From assembly GCA_964576435.1 (NCBI GenBank), contig CAZNUP010000002.1, positions 247,182 to 311,181 on the forward strand: a DNA stretch of 64,000 nt, read 5' to 3'. The DNA comes from an uncultured Gammaproteobacteria bacterium. Lineage in GTDB: Bacteria; Patescibacteriota; Microgenomatia; JAMCZE01. The notes beneath the pieces are model-generated. The model ran no database searches, was not told the origin of the DNA, and saw nothing but the letters and a program-made list of their open reading frames with translations. The translations under genes were made by a program, and so were the position numbers. This document shows positions 30,365-39,489 of the stretch, piece by piece (positions within the stretch are counted from its first letter, which is position 1; each line of letters starts with the position of its first letter).

Positions 30365-30690
30365 AAAAGAATATTCTTAATTATTTCACTAAATTTTTTA
30401 CGTATTTTTGGAGAAAGGATATCTCTACTTGGGTTATCTTGATTTGGGCGCATGTTAATCATCGAATTATAGTCAATTTCCTTTGATTCCCAGTCTATAC
30501 CTCCGCCCCAAATATTTTCTTGTTTAGAGCCTTGTTTTAGAAGCAGTTGTTCGCCTTCATAATGCCATTCTCCCCCAGCAGTCAGAATCTCCAGTTCGAT
30601 ATCTACATCAATTTTTATATACCCATTTAGGTCTTCGCTGGCATTTTTAATTTGATCTGGAGTTGCCTTTTTATTTATAAGAATGAGCAT
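30361..30690 (-). CDS. hypothetical protein, 109 aa
   Basis: ORF track; translationally coupled to the downstream ORF. Confidence 0.4.
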   Translation of the reverse strand: MLILINKKATPDQIKNASEDLNGYIKIDVDIELEILTAGGEWHYEGEQLLLKQGSKQENIWGGGIDWESKEIDYNSMINMRPNQDNPSRDILSPKIRKKFSEIIKNILL

Positions 30691-30761
30691 GGCAGTATTT
30701 TAACCTGTCTATATACTTCTTTACAGTGATAAATTCTCAGACAATCAGTTTACAAATGTAG

Positions 30762-31799
30762 TTAGTTATTGAAGTATTTTTGACAAGAGGAAAAGTCTTC
30801 GTTTGGTACTTGGGGAAGAAAATGAACCTCACTGGGGCTATCTTTTGATACGTGTACTGAATAATCAAAAAAAGCATTTGATTTATAACCTGGAAGTGAA
30901 ACTGGTCCAATATCAAGACTCGTGTCATATGTGCCCGGAATGGTCCCCTGCCAAGAATAATTTCCACTCTCGTCTGACTGAATCGTTGCGATTTGTGCGT
31001 AACCTTGCTTGTTGAAAATGTTTATAGTTACCCCTGGGACAGTGCCCTCAAAATCTTCTTTAATACCGTTACAATTCTCATCTTTATATACTAATCCTGA
31101 GACTTTGTAGTTGACATCGTTTTGAGTTTTTTGTGGTGGGGCCGTTGTTACTGCCTTTTGTTCTATTGGGGAGGGGGTATTTGTGACTGTAACCGATGGG
31201 GCTGGTAGTTTTACAGTGTTTTGTGGTTTAGTCTGTGACGGTTGGGGTAGATTGCAATTTAATAAACAAGTAATAACCTTGTCACTAATTACGGACCTTA
31301 CGATTGGGCCATATATTCTTGAATCTGAACCGTGTTCGCGATTGTCGATTAATATTATATAGGAGTTTTCTGGAATTTTATAAGGTGATGTCAATGGAAA
31401 TCCATTTTTTGGATCCGTATAAGACCAGGTTTTTGAATTAGGCATAATGTAAGGTTCTTCGATTTGAGAGTTATTGATATATACACCACCATCTTTTAAC
31501 TGAATTGTTTCTCCAGGGAGTCCGATTACCCTTCCAATAAAATCAATGTCCTGATTTGTTGGAGTCCTAAAAAGCACTATCTCCCCCATTTTTGGGTTAC
31601 CTGTCTTATAAGTAAGTTTATCAACTAAGATTACGGATGCATTAGAGTATGTGGGAAGCATGGAATTGCCTACAATTTGACTAGTACCTAATACGAAAAA
31701 ATAAACTCCTATCAAGGTTAAGATGAGAAGAAGAGGAATAGTTATAAGGAGAAATAATGTAGAAAATCCCTTATTATTGGGCATATCTAATAGTTGCAT
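30762..31799 (-). CDS. lepB: signal peptidase I with a C-terminal SdrD-B-like (Cna-B/carboxypeptidase-regulatory-like) domain
   Basis: VGNSMLPTYSNASVILVDK (catalytic Ser box), IILIDNREHGSDSRIYGPI (boxes D/E); C-terminal NYKVSGLVYKDENCNGIKEDFEGTVPGVTINIFNKQGYAQIATIQSDESGNYSWQGTIPGTY resembles the SdrD B domain. Confidence 0.75.
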   Translation of the reverse strand: MQLLDMPNNKGFSTLFLLITIPLLLILTLIGVYFFVLGTSQIVGNSMLPTYSNASVILVDKLTYKTGNPKMGEIVLFRTPTNQDIDFIGRVIGLPGETIQLKDGGVYINNSQIEEPYIMPNSKTWSYTDPKNGFPLTSPYKIPENSYIILIDNREHGSDSRIYGPIVRSVISDKVITCLLNCNLPQPSQTKPQNTVKLPAPSVTVTNTPSPIEQKAVTTAPPQKTQNDVNYKVSGLVYKDENCNGIKEDFEGTVPGVTINIFNKQGYAQIATIQSDESGNYSWQGTIPGTYDTSLDIGPVSLPGYKSNAFFDYSVHVSKDSPSEVHFLPQVPNEDFSSCQKYFNN

Positions 31800-31889
31800 T
31801 TTTAGGTTTTTTTGGCAAGATATTCAGGTTATTCTAAGGTTATGTTAGGTATGATTAGGACTTCTTAAATATGTTAAACTGGATCAGTT

Positions 31890-34463
31890 ATGTTTGATTA
31901 CTTCAGAAAGGTGTGGAGAAGCCCAGCTAGACGGATGAAGCTTTTCTACCTGGCCTCAGCTGCGCTCTTTGTTGGAATTATTCTGCTTTTTATTGCTAGT
32001 ACAGCGGTTGTGGCCGTATTTTCAGTTGGACTTCCCTCTCCAAACAAGGTGATTAGGCGTGAGGGCTATTCTACGGTCATTTATGACCGAAATGGAAAGG
32101 TTCTTTACGATCTTTATAATAATGAGAATAGAGTTCCTCTAAAACTGTCTGAGATGCCTAAATACCTTAAGGAAGGCACTATTGCGGTTGAAGATAAGGA
32201 TTTCTATAAACACCAAGGTTTTGACCCTCTTGGAGGACTTAGAATTGCTAAAAATTTAGTGACAATGGGAACGCTTACTGGGGCATCGACCCTAACCCAG
32301 CAACTTGTTAAAAACACACTTTTGTCGTCTGAAAGAACGCTTCCTAGAAAAATTAAGGAAATAATTCTTTCAAACCAACTTGAGAGCAAATTTACAAAAG
32401 ATGAAGTTTTGCAAATGTACTTAAACGAAGTACCTTATGGAGGTGCTGCTTATGGAGTGGAGTCTGCTTCTAAGATGTACTTTAATAAAAGTGCTAAGGA
32501 TTTAAATTTAGTTGAATCGGCAATTTTATCTGGTCTTCCACAGGCTCCTTCTGTTTACTCCCCTCTTTTTGGTGAACAGGGAGCTTATATTCCAAGAACA
32601 GAACACGTACTTCGCAGAATGCAGCAAGATGGATACATTACTCCTCAACAAGAAGCCGATGCAGTTAAACAACTTCCTAAGGTTAAATTTGCCTCCTCTG
32701 CAACTGATATTAACGCACCGCATTTTGTGTTTTACGTGAGAGATCAACTGGTTAAAAAGTTTGGAGAAGGTGCTGTTGAAGGAGGAGGTTTGAAAGTGAC
32801 GACAACATTGGATTTAGATACTCAGGAAAAAGCAGAAAAAATTGTAAACGAAGAAGTTAAAAAACTAAAAGCTGCTAAGGCTACTAATGGGGCCGCAGTT
32901 GTTTTAAATGCCAAGACTGGAGAAATTTTATCCATGGTTGGTTCATACGATTATTTTGATAAAGACTTTGGAAGTTATAACGTAGCAACTGCGCTTCGTC
33001 AGCCTGGATCATCTGGAAAGCCGTTTGTGTTTGCTGCTGCTATTGCTAAAGGATACCCAGCTTCTACCATGCTTATGGATGTCAAAACTGCCTATCCGTC
33101 TGGAGAAAAAGACAAGCCTGATTATGTGCCGGAAAACTATGATCTCAAATATCATGGACCTATGCAGCTTAGGTTTGCACTTGGAAATTCCATCAACACA
33201 ATTGCAGTTAAACTTACCGCAATTGTTGGGTTATCAAATATCATGCAGCTTGGGTATGATGCTGGGATTTCTACATGGGAACCAACAGCTGAAAATTTGA
33301 AGAATGTTGGGTTGTCACTTGCTCTTGGAGGAAGAGAAGTTAAGCTTTTGGAAATGACCAGTGCATACGGGATGTTTGCTAATGGCGGAGTTAGGCAAGA
33401 TCCAATTTCAATTCTTAAAGTAACTGATACTAATGGAAAAGTTTTGTATGAACACCACGATAGTGCTGGGAAGAAAGTCTTATCTCCAGAAGTATCATTT
33501 ATTATTTCCCATATTCTTTCTGACAATAATGCAAGGAAAGATGTGTTTGGTGAATCTAACCTTCTTGTAGTTTCTGGAAAAACTGTTGCAGCTAAGACTG
33601 GTACAACTGATAAAAAACGAGACAACTGGACTTTTGGTTATGATCCATCGGGACACGTAGTTGGGGTATGGGTTGGAAACAATGACAATACTGTAATGTC
33701 ACCTATCATTGCTTCTGGTGTAACGGGAGCAACGCCAATTTGGAATAAGATCATGAGAGTGGTACTTGCTGATATTCCAAGGAGTGAATTTAAAAAACCT
33801 GATGGAGTAGAAGCATTTGAAGTGGATTCTATTGGTGGAGGGTTACCAGTTTCTGGTGGGACAAATAGGAGTGAATACTTTGTTAAAGGAACGGTTCCTA
33901 CTGCTCCCGCACCAATATATAAGAAAGTTAAGATTTCTAAAGCTAATGGAAAACTTGCTAATGATTTTGAAATTAAATCGGGAAATTATGAAGAGAAAGA
34001 TTACATTGTTATTTCTGAGAAAGATCCAGTGTCAACTGATGGTAAGAATCGTTGGCAGGATGCAATTAATGAGTGGTTGAAGCAGTTTAAGAAGGATGAC
34101 TCGAAATGGAACCCGCCAACGGACAAGTCAGATTCAAACTCTGATGGTGTGGGAGTCAATGTCTCTGATCCACATGACGCACAGAGATTTGATTCAAATG
34201 AAGTGCCAATTAAAGCTAAGGCATTTGGGAGCCGAGATATAGTAAAGTTTACGGTTGAAGTTGATGGGTCTGAAAAAATTAGTAAGGTCTCGGACAATAT
34301 TGATGATAAGTTAAATCTTTCTGATGGGCCACACACTGTGAAATTTAAAGCGACTGATTCTGGGGGAAATTCTGGAGAGGCAACAATTAAGATCGGGGTT
34401 AAAGCAAATTGGGATAGTAATCCTGGTCCCTCACCAGTCCCCTCTCCCTCACCAACACCTTAA
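31890..34463 (+). CDS. class A penicillin-binding protein (PBP1A: GT51 transglycosylase plus transpeptidase) with a C-terminal Big-like/Pro-Ser-rich tail
   Basis: EDKDFYKHQGFDPLG (GT51), SSGKP (SxxK), KTGTT (KTG) motifs and an N-terminal TM anchor. Confidence 0.85.
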   Translation: MFDYFRKVWRSPARRMKLFYLASAALFVGIILLFIASTAVVAVFSVGLPSPNKVIRREGYSTVIYDRNGKVLYDLYNNENRVPLKLSEMPKYLKEGTIAVEDKDFYKHQGFDPLGGLRIAKNLVTMGTLTGASTLTQQLVKNTLLSSERTLPRKIKEIILSNQLESKFTKDEVLQMYLNEVPYGGAAYGVESASKMYFNKSAKDLNLVESAILSGLPQAPSVYSPLFGEQGAYIPRTEHVLRRMQQDGYITPQQEADAVKQLPKVKFASSATDINAPHFVFYVRDQLVKKFGEGAVEGGGLKVTTTLDLDTQEKAEKIVNEEVKKLKAAKATNGAAVVLNAKTGEILSMVGSYDYFDKDFGSYNVATALRQPGSSGKPFVFAAAIAKGYPASTMLMDVKTAYPSGEKDKPDYVPENYDLKYHGPMQLRFALGNSINTIAVKLTAIVGLSNIMQLGYDAGISTWEPTAENLKNVGLSLALGGREVKLLEMTSAYGMFANGGVRQDPISILKVTDTNGKVLYEHHDSAGKKVLSPEVSFIISHILSDNNARKDVFGESNLLVVSGKTVAAKTGTTDKKRDNWTFGYDPSGHVVGVWVGNNDNTVMSPIIASGVTGATPIWNKIMRVVLADIPRSEFKKPDGVEAFEVDSIGGGLPVSGGTNRSEYFVKGTVPTAPAPIYKKVKISKANGKLANDFEIKSGNYEEKDYIVISEKDPVSTDGKNRWQDAINEWLKQFKKDDSKWNPPTDKSDSNSDGVGVNVSDPHDAQRFDSNEVPIKAKAFGSRDIVKFTVEVDGSEKISKVSDNIDDKLNLSDGPHTVKFKATDSGGNSGEATIKIGVKANWDSNPGPSPVPSPSPTP

Positions 34464-34473
34464 GTTTCTTTCT

Positions 34474-36471
34474 TTACTCTCTTGTTGTGAGTTTGTGTTT
34501 AGTAACTAATTTTAAAATCTTTTCCCTTAATGGTTTAACTTCAGCTGAGGAAATAGATTTTGCTTCGTCTTGATAGGAAATTCTAAATGTTCTTGATTTA
34601 TTAAAGATACTCACAAGTTTTATGTTTTTTATAAGTGGTGAAATCGTGGAACTTTCCTTCAAGAATTCAGCAAGATCACTATCTTTAGTTACTTCGACTG
34701 TTATATCTTCGTAGATTGCTGGAAAGGGGGGGTATAAGAAATAAGATGAATAGGGATTTTTTTCAGGTAATACAATTTTGTCGATTGTTAACTCACAAAC
34801 AAAAATATCGCCGAGTTTTAATGAGTTGGAAATTTCTGGATTAACTAGGCCAACAAAACCAATTGGCTTCCGAAGGCTGTCTTGGATTTCAGCCACAATC
34901 GGCCCCAATCCAGCTACATGGGTAGTTTTAGATAGAGAATAATCAACGCCGAGGTTCTTCATCAAACTTTCAAGAACTCCAACAAGTTTACTGTAGGTTA
35001 TCTGATCAGCTTGTTTGCCAAGTGGTTTTATAAAAGCAACTCTATCTTGCTCAATCTTGCGTTCTTTTGGATCTTCAAAAAAAACTTTACCAACCTCAAA
35101 GTAGGATAAATTATCTTGTTTAAAGTTTGCAGCTTTAATTATTGTCCTAAAAAGCCCAGGCAAAAGACTTGGTCTTAATGTGGCAATCTTTGGATCTGGC
35201 GGATTTAAAAGATTTATTGCTTTTGGATAAGTTCCGCCTTTAGAAAATGCTTTCAAATCCGTTTCTGGAATAATTGAAAGATTCACGGTTTCCTTAAAAC
35301 CAAAATTAACTAAAATATCTTTAATTTCTTCTTCTAGTCTTACCAATGGAAATTTAATTTGGTTTGGTAGATATGTAGTAAGAGCCTTTTCTGGAATTTT
35401 CTCGTAGCCTATTATTCTCGCTACTTCTTCAACTAAATCTGCAGTTTGAATGAGGTCTGTCCTGAATGTGGGGGCTAATACATTTAGATGGTCTTTATCT
35501 TTAGAAATTTCGACTTTACCACCTAGGTGTTCCATAATGCTGGCGATTTCCTTTTGGGAAACATCCAAGCTTGTTATCTGTTTAACTTCTTTTTCTGAGA
35601 TACTTATTTCAATGGGTGTTTGCTTGTTAGGATAAAAATCAAATACCTCGCTAGTTGTTTCGGCCTGGGCAAGATCCTTAAGGAGTGTTAAAGCTCTTTC
35701 TAGGGCTATTTCTACCTGGTTTGGGTCTAAAATTTTTTCGTGCCTGGTTCCTGCGTCTGTATGAATTCCCAATCTTCTGGCTGTCTTTCTTACATTGCCG
35801 TATTTGTAAACAGCTGCTTCTAATAGAATCTCTTTGGTGTCCGCTATTGTTCCAGAGTCTCTACTACCAATAATTGTTAGACCCTGTGGCTTTTTGAGAT
35901 CTGAAAGGACGAGGTCATCAGGCTCCAAGTTTACGATATTCCCCTGAATGGTATTCATTTGCTCGTGGTTTCTGGCTCGCCTTAAAATTAATTTTTTGCC
36001 AGTTAAGCGCTCTAAATCGAAGGAATGCATAGGTTCACCTGTTTCGAGCATTACATAGTTTGTGATATCGACTACATTGTTTATGGAGGGAACTCCAAAA
36101 CAAGCTAGACGTTTTTTAAGCCATTCGGGAGATGGTTTGACCTTAACCTTTAAAGTAAGTGCCATAAAGCGTTCAACTAAGTCGGGATCTTTGATTGAAA
36201 CTAAATCACTTTTAGGGTCAGTTTTGGGGAGTTTGGTTAGTTTTAATAGGTCTAACTTTGAGTCGAAAGCAAGTGAGATCTCCCTTGCCATACCATAAAC
36301 CCCAAGGAGGTCTGGCCTGTTGCCCCTGAGTTCAAGATCTATAAGTTCTTCTGTTCCTACCTTTGATTTTTTATCCAACATGTGACCAATCATAGTTAGT
36401 CTGTCAGTCAATATATCAACTGATTTTGGTAACTTTGTATATTCTTCCAGCCAAGATAGTGGGTAAATCAT
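34474..36471 (-). CDS. pheT: phenylalanyl-tRNA synthetase beta subunit, short form lacking the N-terminal tRNA-binding domain
   Basis: B3/B4 and B5 domain order, C-terminal anticodon-binding-like region; directly downstream of pheS. Confidence 0.85.
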   Translation of the reverse strand: MIYPLSWLEEYTKLPKSVDILTDRLTMIGHMLDKKSKVGTEELIDLELRGNRPDLLGVYGMAREISLAFDSKLDLLKLTKLPKTDPKSDLVSIKDPDLVERFMALTLKVKVKPSPEWLKKRLACFGVPSINNVVDITNYVMLETGEPMHSFDLERLTGKKLILRRARNHEQMNTIQGNIVNLEPDDLVLSDLKKPQGLTIIGSRDSGTIADTKEILLEAAVYKYGNVRKTARRLGIHTDAGTRHEKILDPNQVEIALERALTLLKDLAQAETTSEVFDFYPNKQTPIEISISEKEVKQITSLDVSQKEIASIMEHLGGKVEISKDKDHLNVLAPTFRTDLIQTADLVEEVARIIGYEKIPEKALTTYLPNQIKFPLVRLEEEIKDILVNFGFKETVNLSIIPETDLKAFSKGGTYPKAINLLNPPDPKIATLRPSLLPGLFRTIIKAANFKQDNLSYFEVGKVFFEDPKERKIEQDRVAFIKPLGKQADQITYSKLVGVLESLMKNLGVDYSLSKTTHVAGLGPIVAEIQDSLRKPIGFVGLVNPEISNSLKLGDIFVCELTIDKIVLPEKNPYSSYFLYPPFPAIYEDITVEVTKDSDLAEFLKESSTISPLIKNIKLVSIFNKSRTFRISYQDEAKSISSAEVKPLREKILKLVTKHKLTTRE

Positions 36472-36472
36472 A

Positions 36473-37492
36473 TTAGTTTTCCTTATATCCTATTTCTCCG
36501 CCATAGAGAGCGCGAATATCCCTAATTTGGAATCTATCCATAACAATTCTATCGGAGCCCATACCCCAAGCAAAACCAGTGTAAATTTTTGGATCTAACC
36601 CAACCTGTCTTAACATATTTGGGTGAACCATCCCAGCTCCTAGCATTTCTATCCAGCCCCGGTACTTACAAACAGTACAGCCTTTTTGTCCGCAGAATTG
36701 GCAATCTACGTCAATACCTACTCCCGGTTCGACTTCGGGATAGTACTTACATCTAAATCTGATTTTTCGTTTTTCTCCGAAAAACTTTTTTATAAAAGTG
36801 GTTAGAGTTCCCTTAAGTTCTGCCATTGTTATTCCTTCTCCAATTGCTAGTCCTTGGTACTGAGTAAACATAATATTGTTTGAAGCATTTACGTTTTCAA
36901 ACCTGTATGCTTTTCCAGGAATTACATATCTATATGGTGGTTTCTGGCTAGCTAAGATATGTGCCTCAATTGAGGATGTGTGTGTTCTTAGAAGAATATT
37001 TGGTTCTTCAATATAGAGAGTGTCTTGAAGATCTCTTGCAGGGTGATCTAGGGGAAGGTTTAGACGGTTGTAATTAAACTCATCTGTTTCAAGTTCTGGT
37101 CCTTCAGCTATTTCAAAACCCATTGTTTTAAAAATGGAGTTCATTTCTCTAAAGACTATTGTTGTGGGGTGTAGACTACCATGCTTTGGTGGGGTTCCTA
37201 CTAAACTTGGATCAATTATTTCTTTGGCGTCTTCTTTAATTTTTTCTGACTGTGCCATGGACAACTGTCTATCCAGTGCTCCTTCAATTGTTTCTTTAAC
37301 TTCGTTAGCGAACCTCCCTACAATTATTTTCTCTTCATTTGGAAGGCTGGGGATTTTCTTCATTACTAAAGTTAGCTGTCCTTTAGATTTTCCAAGATAC
37401 TCTACTCGAATTTCTTCGAGCTCAGCTGAATCTTTGGCATGTAAAATTGCCGCGATTGCCTCGTTTTTAATATCGATAAGTTTATCTTGCAT
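36473..37492 (-). CDS. pheS: phenylalanyl-tRNA synthetase alpha subunit
   Basis: Class II core FRCKYYPEVEPGVGIDVDC...GWIEMLGAGMVHPNML. Confidence 0.9.
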   Translation of the reverse strand: MQDKLIDIKNEAIAAILHAKDSAELEEIRVEYLGKSKGQLTLVMKKIPSLPNEEKIIVGRFANEVKETIEGALDRQLSMAQSEKIKEDAKEIIDPSLVGTPPKHGSLHPTTIVFREMNSIFKTMGFEIAEGPELETDEFNYNRLNLPLDHPARDLQDTLYIEEPNILLRTHTSSIEAHILASQKPPYRYVIPGKAYRFENVNASNNIMFTQYQGLAIGEGITMAELKGTLTTFIKKFFGEKRKIRFRCKYYPEVEPGVGIDVDCQFCGQKGCTVCKYRGWIEMLGAGMVHPNMLRQVGLDPKIYTGFAWGMGSDRIVMDRFQIRDIRALYGGEIGYKEN

Positions 37493-37540
37493 ACCCTATT
37501 TTGATTCTATCGGTCTTATGTTGCGGCCGCAACAGGTGTT

Positions 37541-37756
37541 TTATCTTGTGCTTAAGTTTTGAACTGCAAGATCGTATTCATTTAGTGCTCTTATCGCTGC
37601 TTCAAGCTTAGGTCCTCTCAGTTTGTTTAAAGCTTCCTCTCTTTTTTTTGGATCTTTTACCTTTTCAGAAATAGGTCGATTGCCTGAATATCCACTCGCA
37701 GCCAATTCAATTGTACGGGTTGCATTTTCTGCTACTTTTCTTAAAGTTTTTGCCAT
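37541..37756 (-). CDS. small basic hypothetical protein, 71 aa
   Basis: ORF track; SD GGAAGGGTGGTGA upstream; family not recognised. Confidence 0.4.
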   Translation of the reverse strand: MAKTLRKVAENATRTIELAASGYSGNRPISEKVKDPKKREEALNKLRGPKLEAAIRALNEYDLAVQNLSTR

Positions 37757-37780
37757 ATTTATTCACCACCCTTCCTAAAC

Positions 37781-37809
37781 AATTAAAAAACCTCGCTATT
37801 TGCGAGGTT
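37781..37809 (-). terminator. intrinsic-terminator-like hairpin (AACCUCGC-N5-GCGAGGUU then U6) on the minus strand, immediately upstream of the SD of the 71-aa gene
   Basis: aattaaaaaacctcgctatttgcgaggtt. Confidence 0.5.
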
Positions 37810-37965
37810 GTTGATTTCTTTTCTTTAAAATATCAACTTACCTCGCTTGTGCGGGGCTAAAGAAAAAGAAATATGTACTATTATTTTGACTCATCATTAA
37901 TTTAATTATATTTTATTTTTATTAATTTTCCAAGTGGGTTTGGATAAATTTTTTAAAATATATTT

Positions 37966-38250
37966 TTAGTTTCCGAAGATTATTAATTCTTTTCCATCCT
38001 GTGTATGTAACTTTATTATGTCTCGTGAAGAGATTCTCTGGTTGTCCCAATTTGGCATTCTTAATGTTGCGCCTTTTCCTCTGTCATTTGCTATAAGAGT
38101 AATACTTTTAAGGTCTTCATAAGGAATTCCTATTGGGGGAATGACAATTAGATCTCCGTTGCCTCCCAGCATCTTTGAGTCAAACTTCTCTGTGAAACCT
38201 CCAACCATACGATTATACTCTTGGCCTTCAATTGAATATCTGTATCCCAT
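37966..38250 (-). CDS. hypothetical protein, 94 aa
   Basis: ORF track only. Confidence 0.35.
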   Translation of the reverse strand: MGYRYSIEGQEYNRMVGGFTEKFDSKMLGGNGDLIVIPPIGIPYEDLKSITLIANDRGKGATLRMPNWDNQRISSRDIIKLHTQDGKELIIFGN

Positions 38251-38268
38251 TCATATATTATAGGTCTT

Positions 38269-38613
38269 TTATTTGATTTTGTCCAGAAGGGAATGAAATG
38301 TGGATACGTGTTGAGTTGCTAAATCAGAAAGTATTTTTCGATCCAATTCTATATTAGATGTTTTTAATTTATTCATAAAAACACTGTAGGACATGCCTTG
38401 TGCTTTGACTGCTTCGTTAATGTGCAAAATCCAATCTCTTCTCATTACACCCTTTTTGTCTTTTCTGCCTGCATAGGCGTATTGACCGGCGTGAAGTGTA
38501 GCCTCTTTGGCTTTTCTTACCAAACGGCTTCTAGTCATCATGTAGCCTTTGGCTTGTTTTAGAAGCTTTTTGTGCTTGGCGTGGGTTGTTTTACCTCTTT
38601 TTACTCTGGCCAT
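38269..38613 (-). CDS. rplT: 50S ribosomal protein L20
   Basis: MARVKRGKTTHAKHKKLLKQAKGY. Confidence 0.9.
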   Translation of the reverse strand: MARVKRGKTTHAKHKKLLKQAKGYMMTRSRLVRKAKEATLHAGQYAYAGRKDKKGVMRRDWILHINEAVKAQGMSYSVFMNKLKTSNIELDRKILSDLATQHVSTFHSLLDKIK

Positions 38614-38769
38614 AAAATTTTTCTATGTATTTAGTATGTACTTCCTTAACTGGATTATATACTTTTCTCACTATGGGTTGCAAGTTCCTGTAGAAGTGAG
38701 ATTTTCGGTCACTTACTGATCTCCGAAAGTTTATTAGATATCTGTGCATTTGCTAGATTCCTAAGAACT

Positions 38770-38964
38770 TTAGATCCCTAATAGTTTCTTGAGCTTCTTT
38801 TCCAATTTTCCAGTAACTTGCACTGGATGAGCGTTTCTTCTCTTGTTGGAACTCGATTTGTGAGATTGTAAGTGTCTTTGACCGATCTTTCTTCTCATGA
38901 CCTTTCCACTGCCGGTTACTTTGAACCTGTCTTGGACTGTTTTACTGATTTTCATTTTTGGCAT
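38770..38964 (-). CDS. rpmI: 50S ribosomal protein L35
   Basis: MPKMKISKTVQDRFKVTGSGKVMRRK. Confidence 0.85.
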   Translation of the reverse strand: MPKMKISKTVQDRFKVTGSGKVMRRKIGQRHLQSHKSSSNKRRNAHPVQVTGKLEKKLKKLLGI

Positions 38965-38976
38965 ATATTTTCTCCT

Positions 38977-39489
38977 TTATTTTACTGGTGAGTAAACTGC
39001 TATTAACTGTTTGCCTTCAAACTTTGCTGGTCTATCGAGTTTTCCTGTTCCAGTTAGTTTTTCTGTAAATTCGTTAATAATTTTGTGTCCAAACTCTGGG
39101 TGAGCCATCTGGCGACCTGCGAATTTGATACTGATTTTTACATTATATCCTTTTTGCAAGAACTCCTTTGTTCTATTGATTCTAGCTTCAACATCTGCTG
39201 CTCCTGCAAATGGTCCACCGACTCTTATTTCTTTAGTTCCTGATCCTCTTTGGCCTTTTTTAGCCTCAGATTCTTTTTTCTGTTCTTGATAAAGAAACTT
39301 TTTATAGTCAATAACTTTAGCTACTGGAGGTTTTGCATTTTCTCCAATTAGGACTAAATCTGCACCCTGAGCGAGTGCGTATTCCAAAGCTTCTTCTCTT
39401 TTTAAGATGCCAATTTGTTTGCCATCGTCAGTTATGAGACGAACCTCGGGAACAGTTATTGTGCTATTTACTTTGTAACTTTTTATCAA
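38977..39489 (-). CDS. infC: translation initiation factor IF-3 (non-ATG start: TTG at 39489 or ATT at 39490)
   Basis: IKSYKVNSTITVPEVRLITDDGKQIGI and the IF3 C-domain; conserved infC-rpmI-rplT order; overlaps the thrS 3' end by 26 nt. Confidence 0.85.
   Translation of the reverse strand: MIKSYKVNSTITVPEVRLITDDGKQIGILKREEALEYALAQGADLVLIGENAKPPVAKVIDYKKFLYQEQKKESEAKKGQRGSGTKEIRVGGPFAGAADVEARINRTKEFLQKGYNVKISIKFAGRQMAHPEFGHKIINEFTEKLTGTGKLDRPAKFEGKQLIAVYSPVK

Noticed and set aside
34380-34463. PSPVPSPSPTP stretch at the PBP1A C-terminus as a tandem repeat feature
   Set aside because: Short low-complexity Pro/Ser linker, not a DNA-level repeat array.
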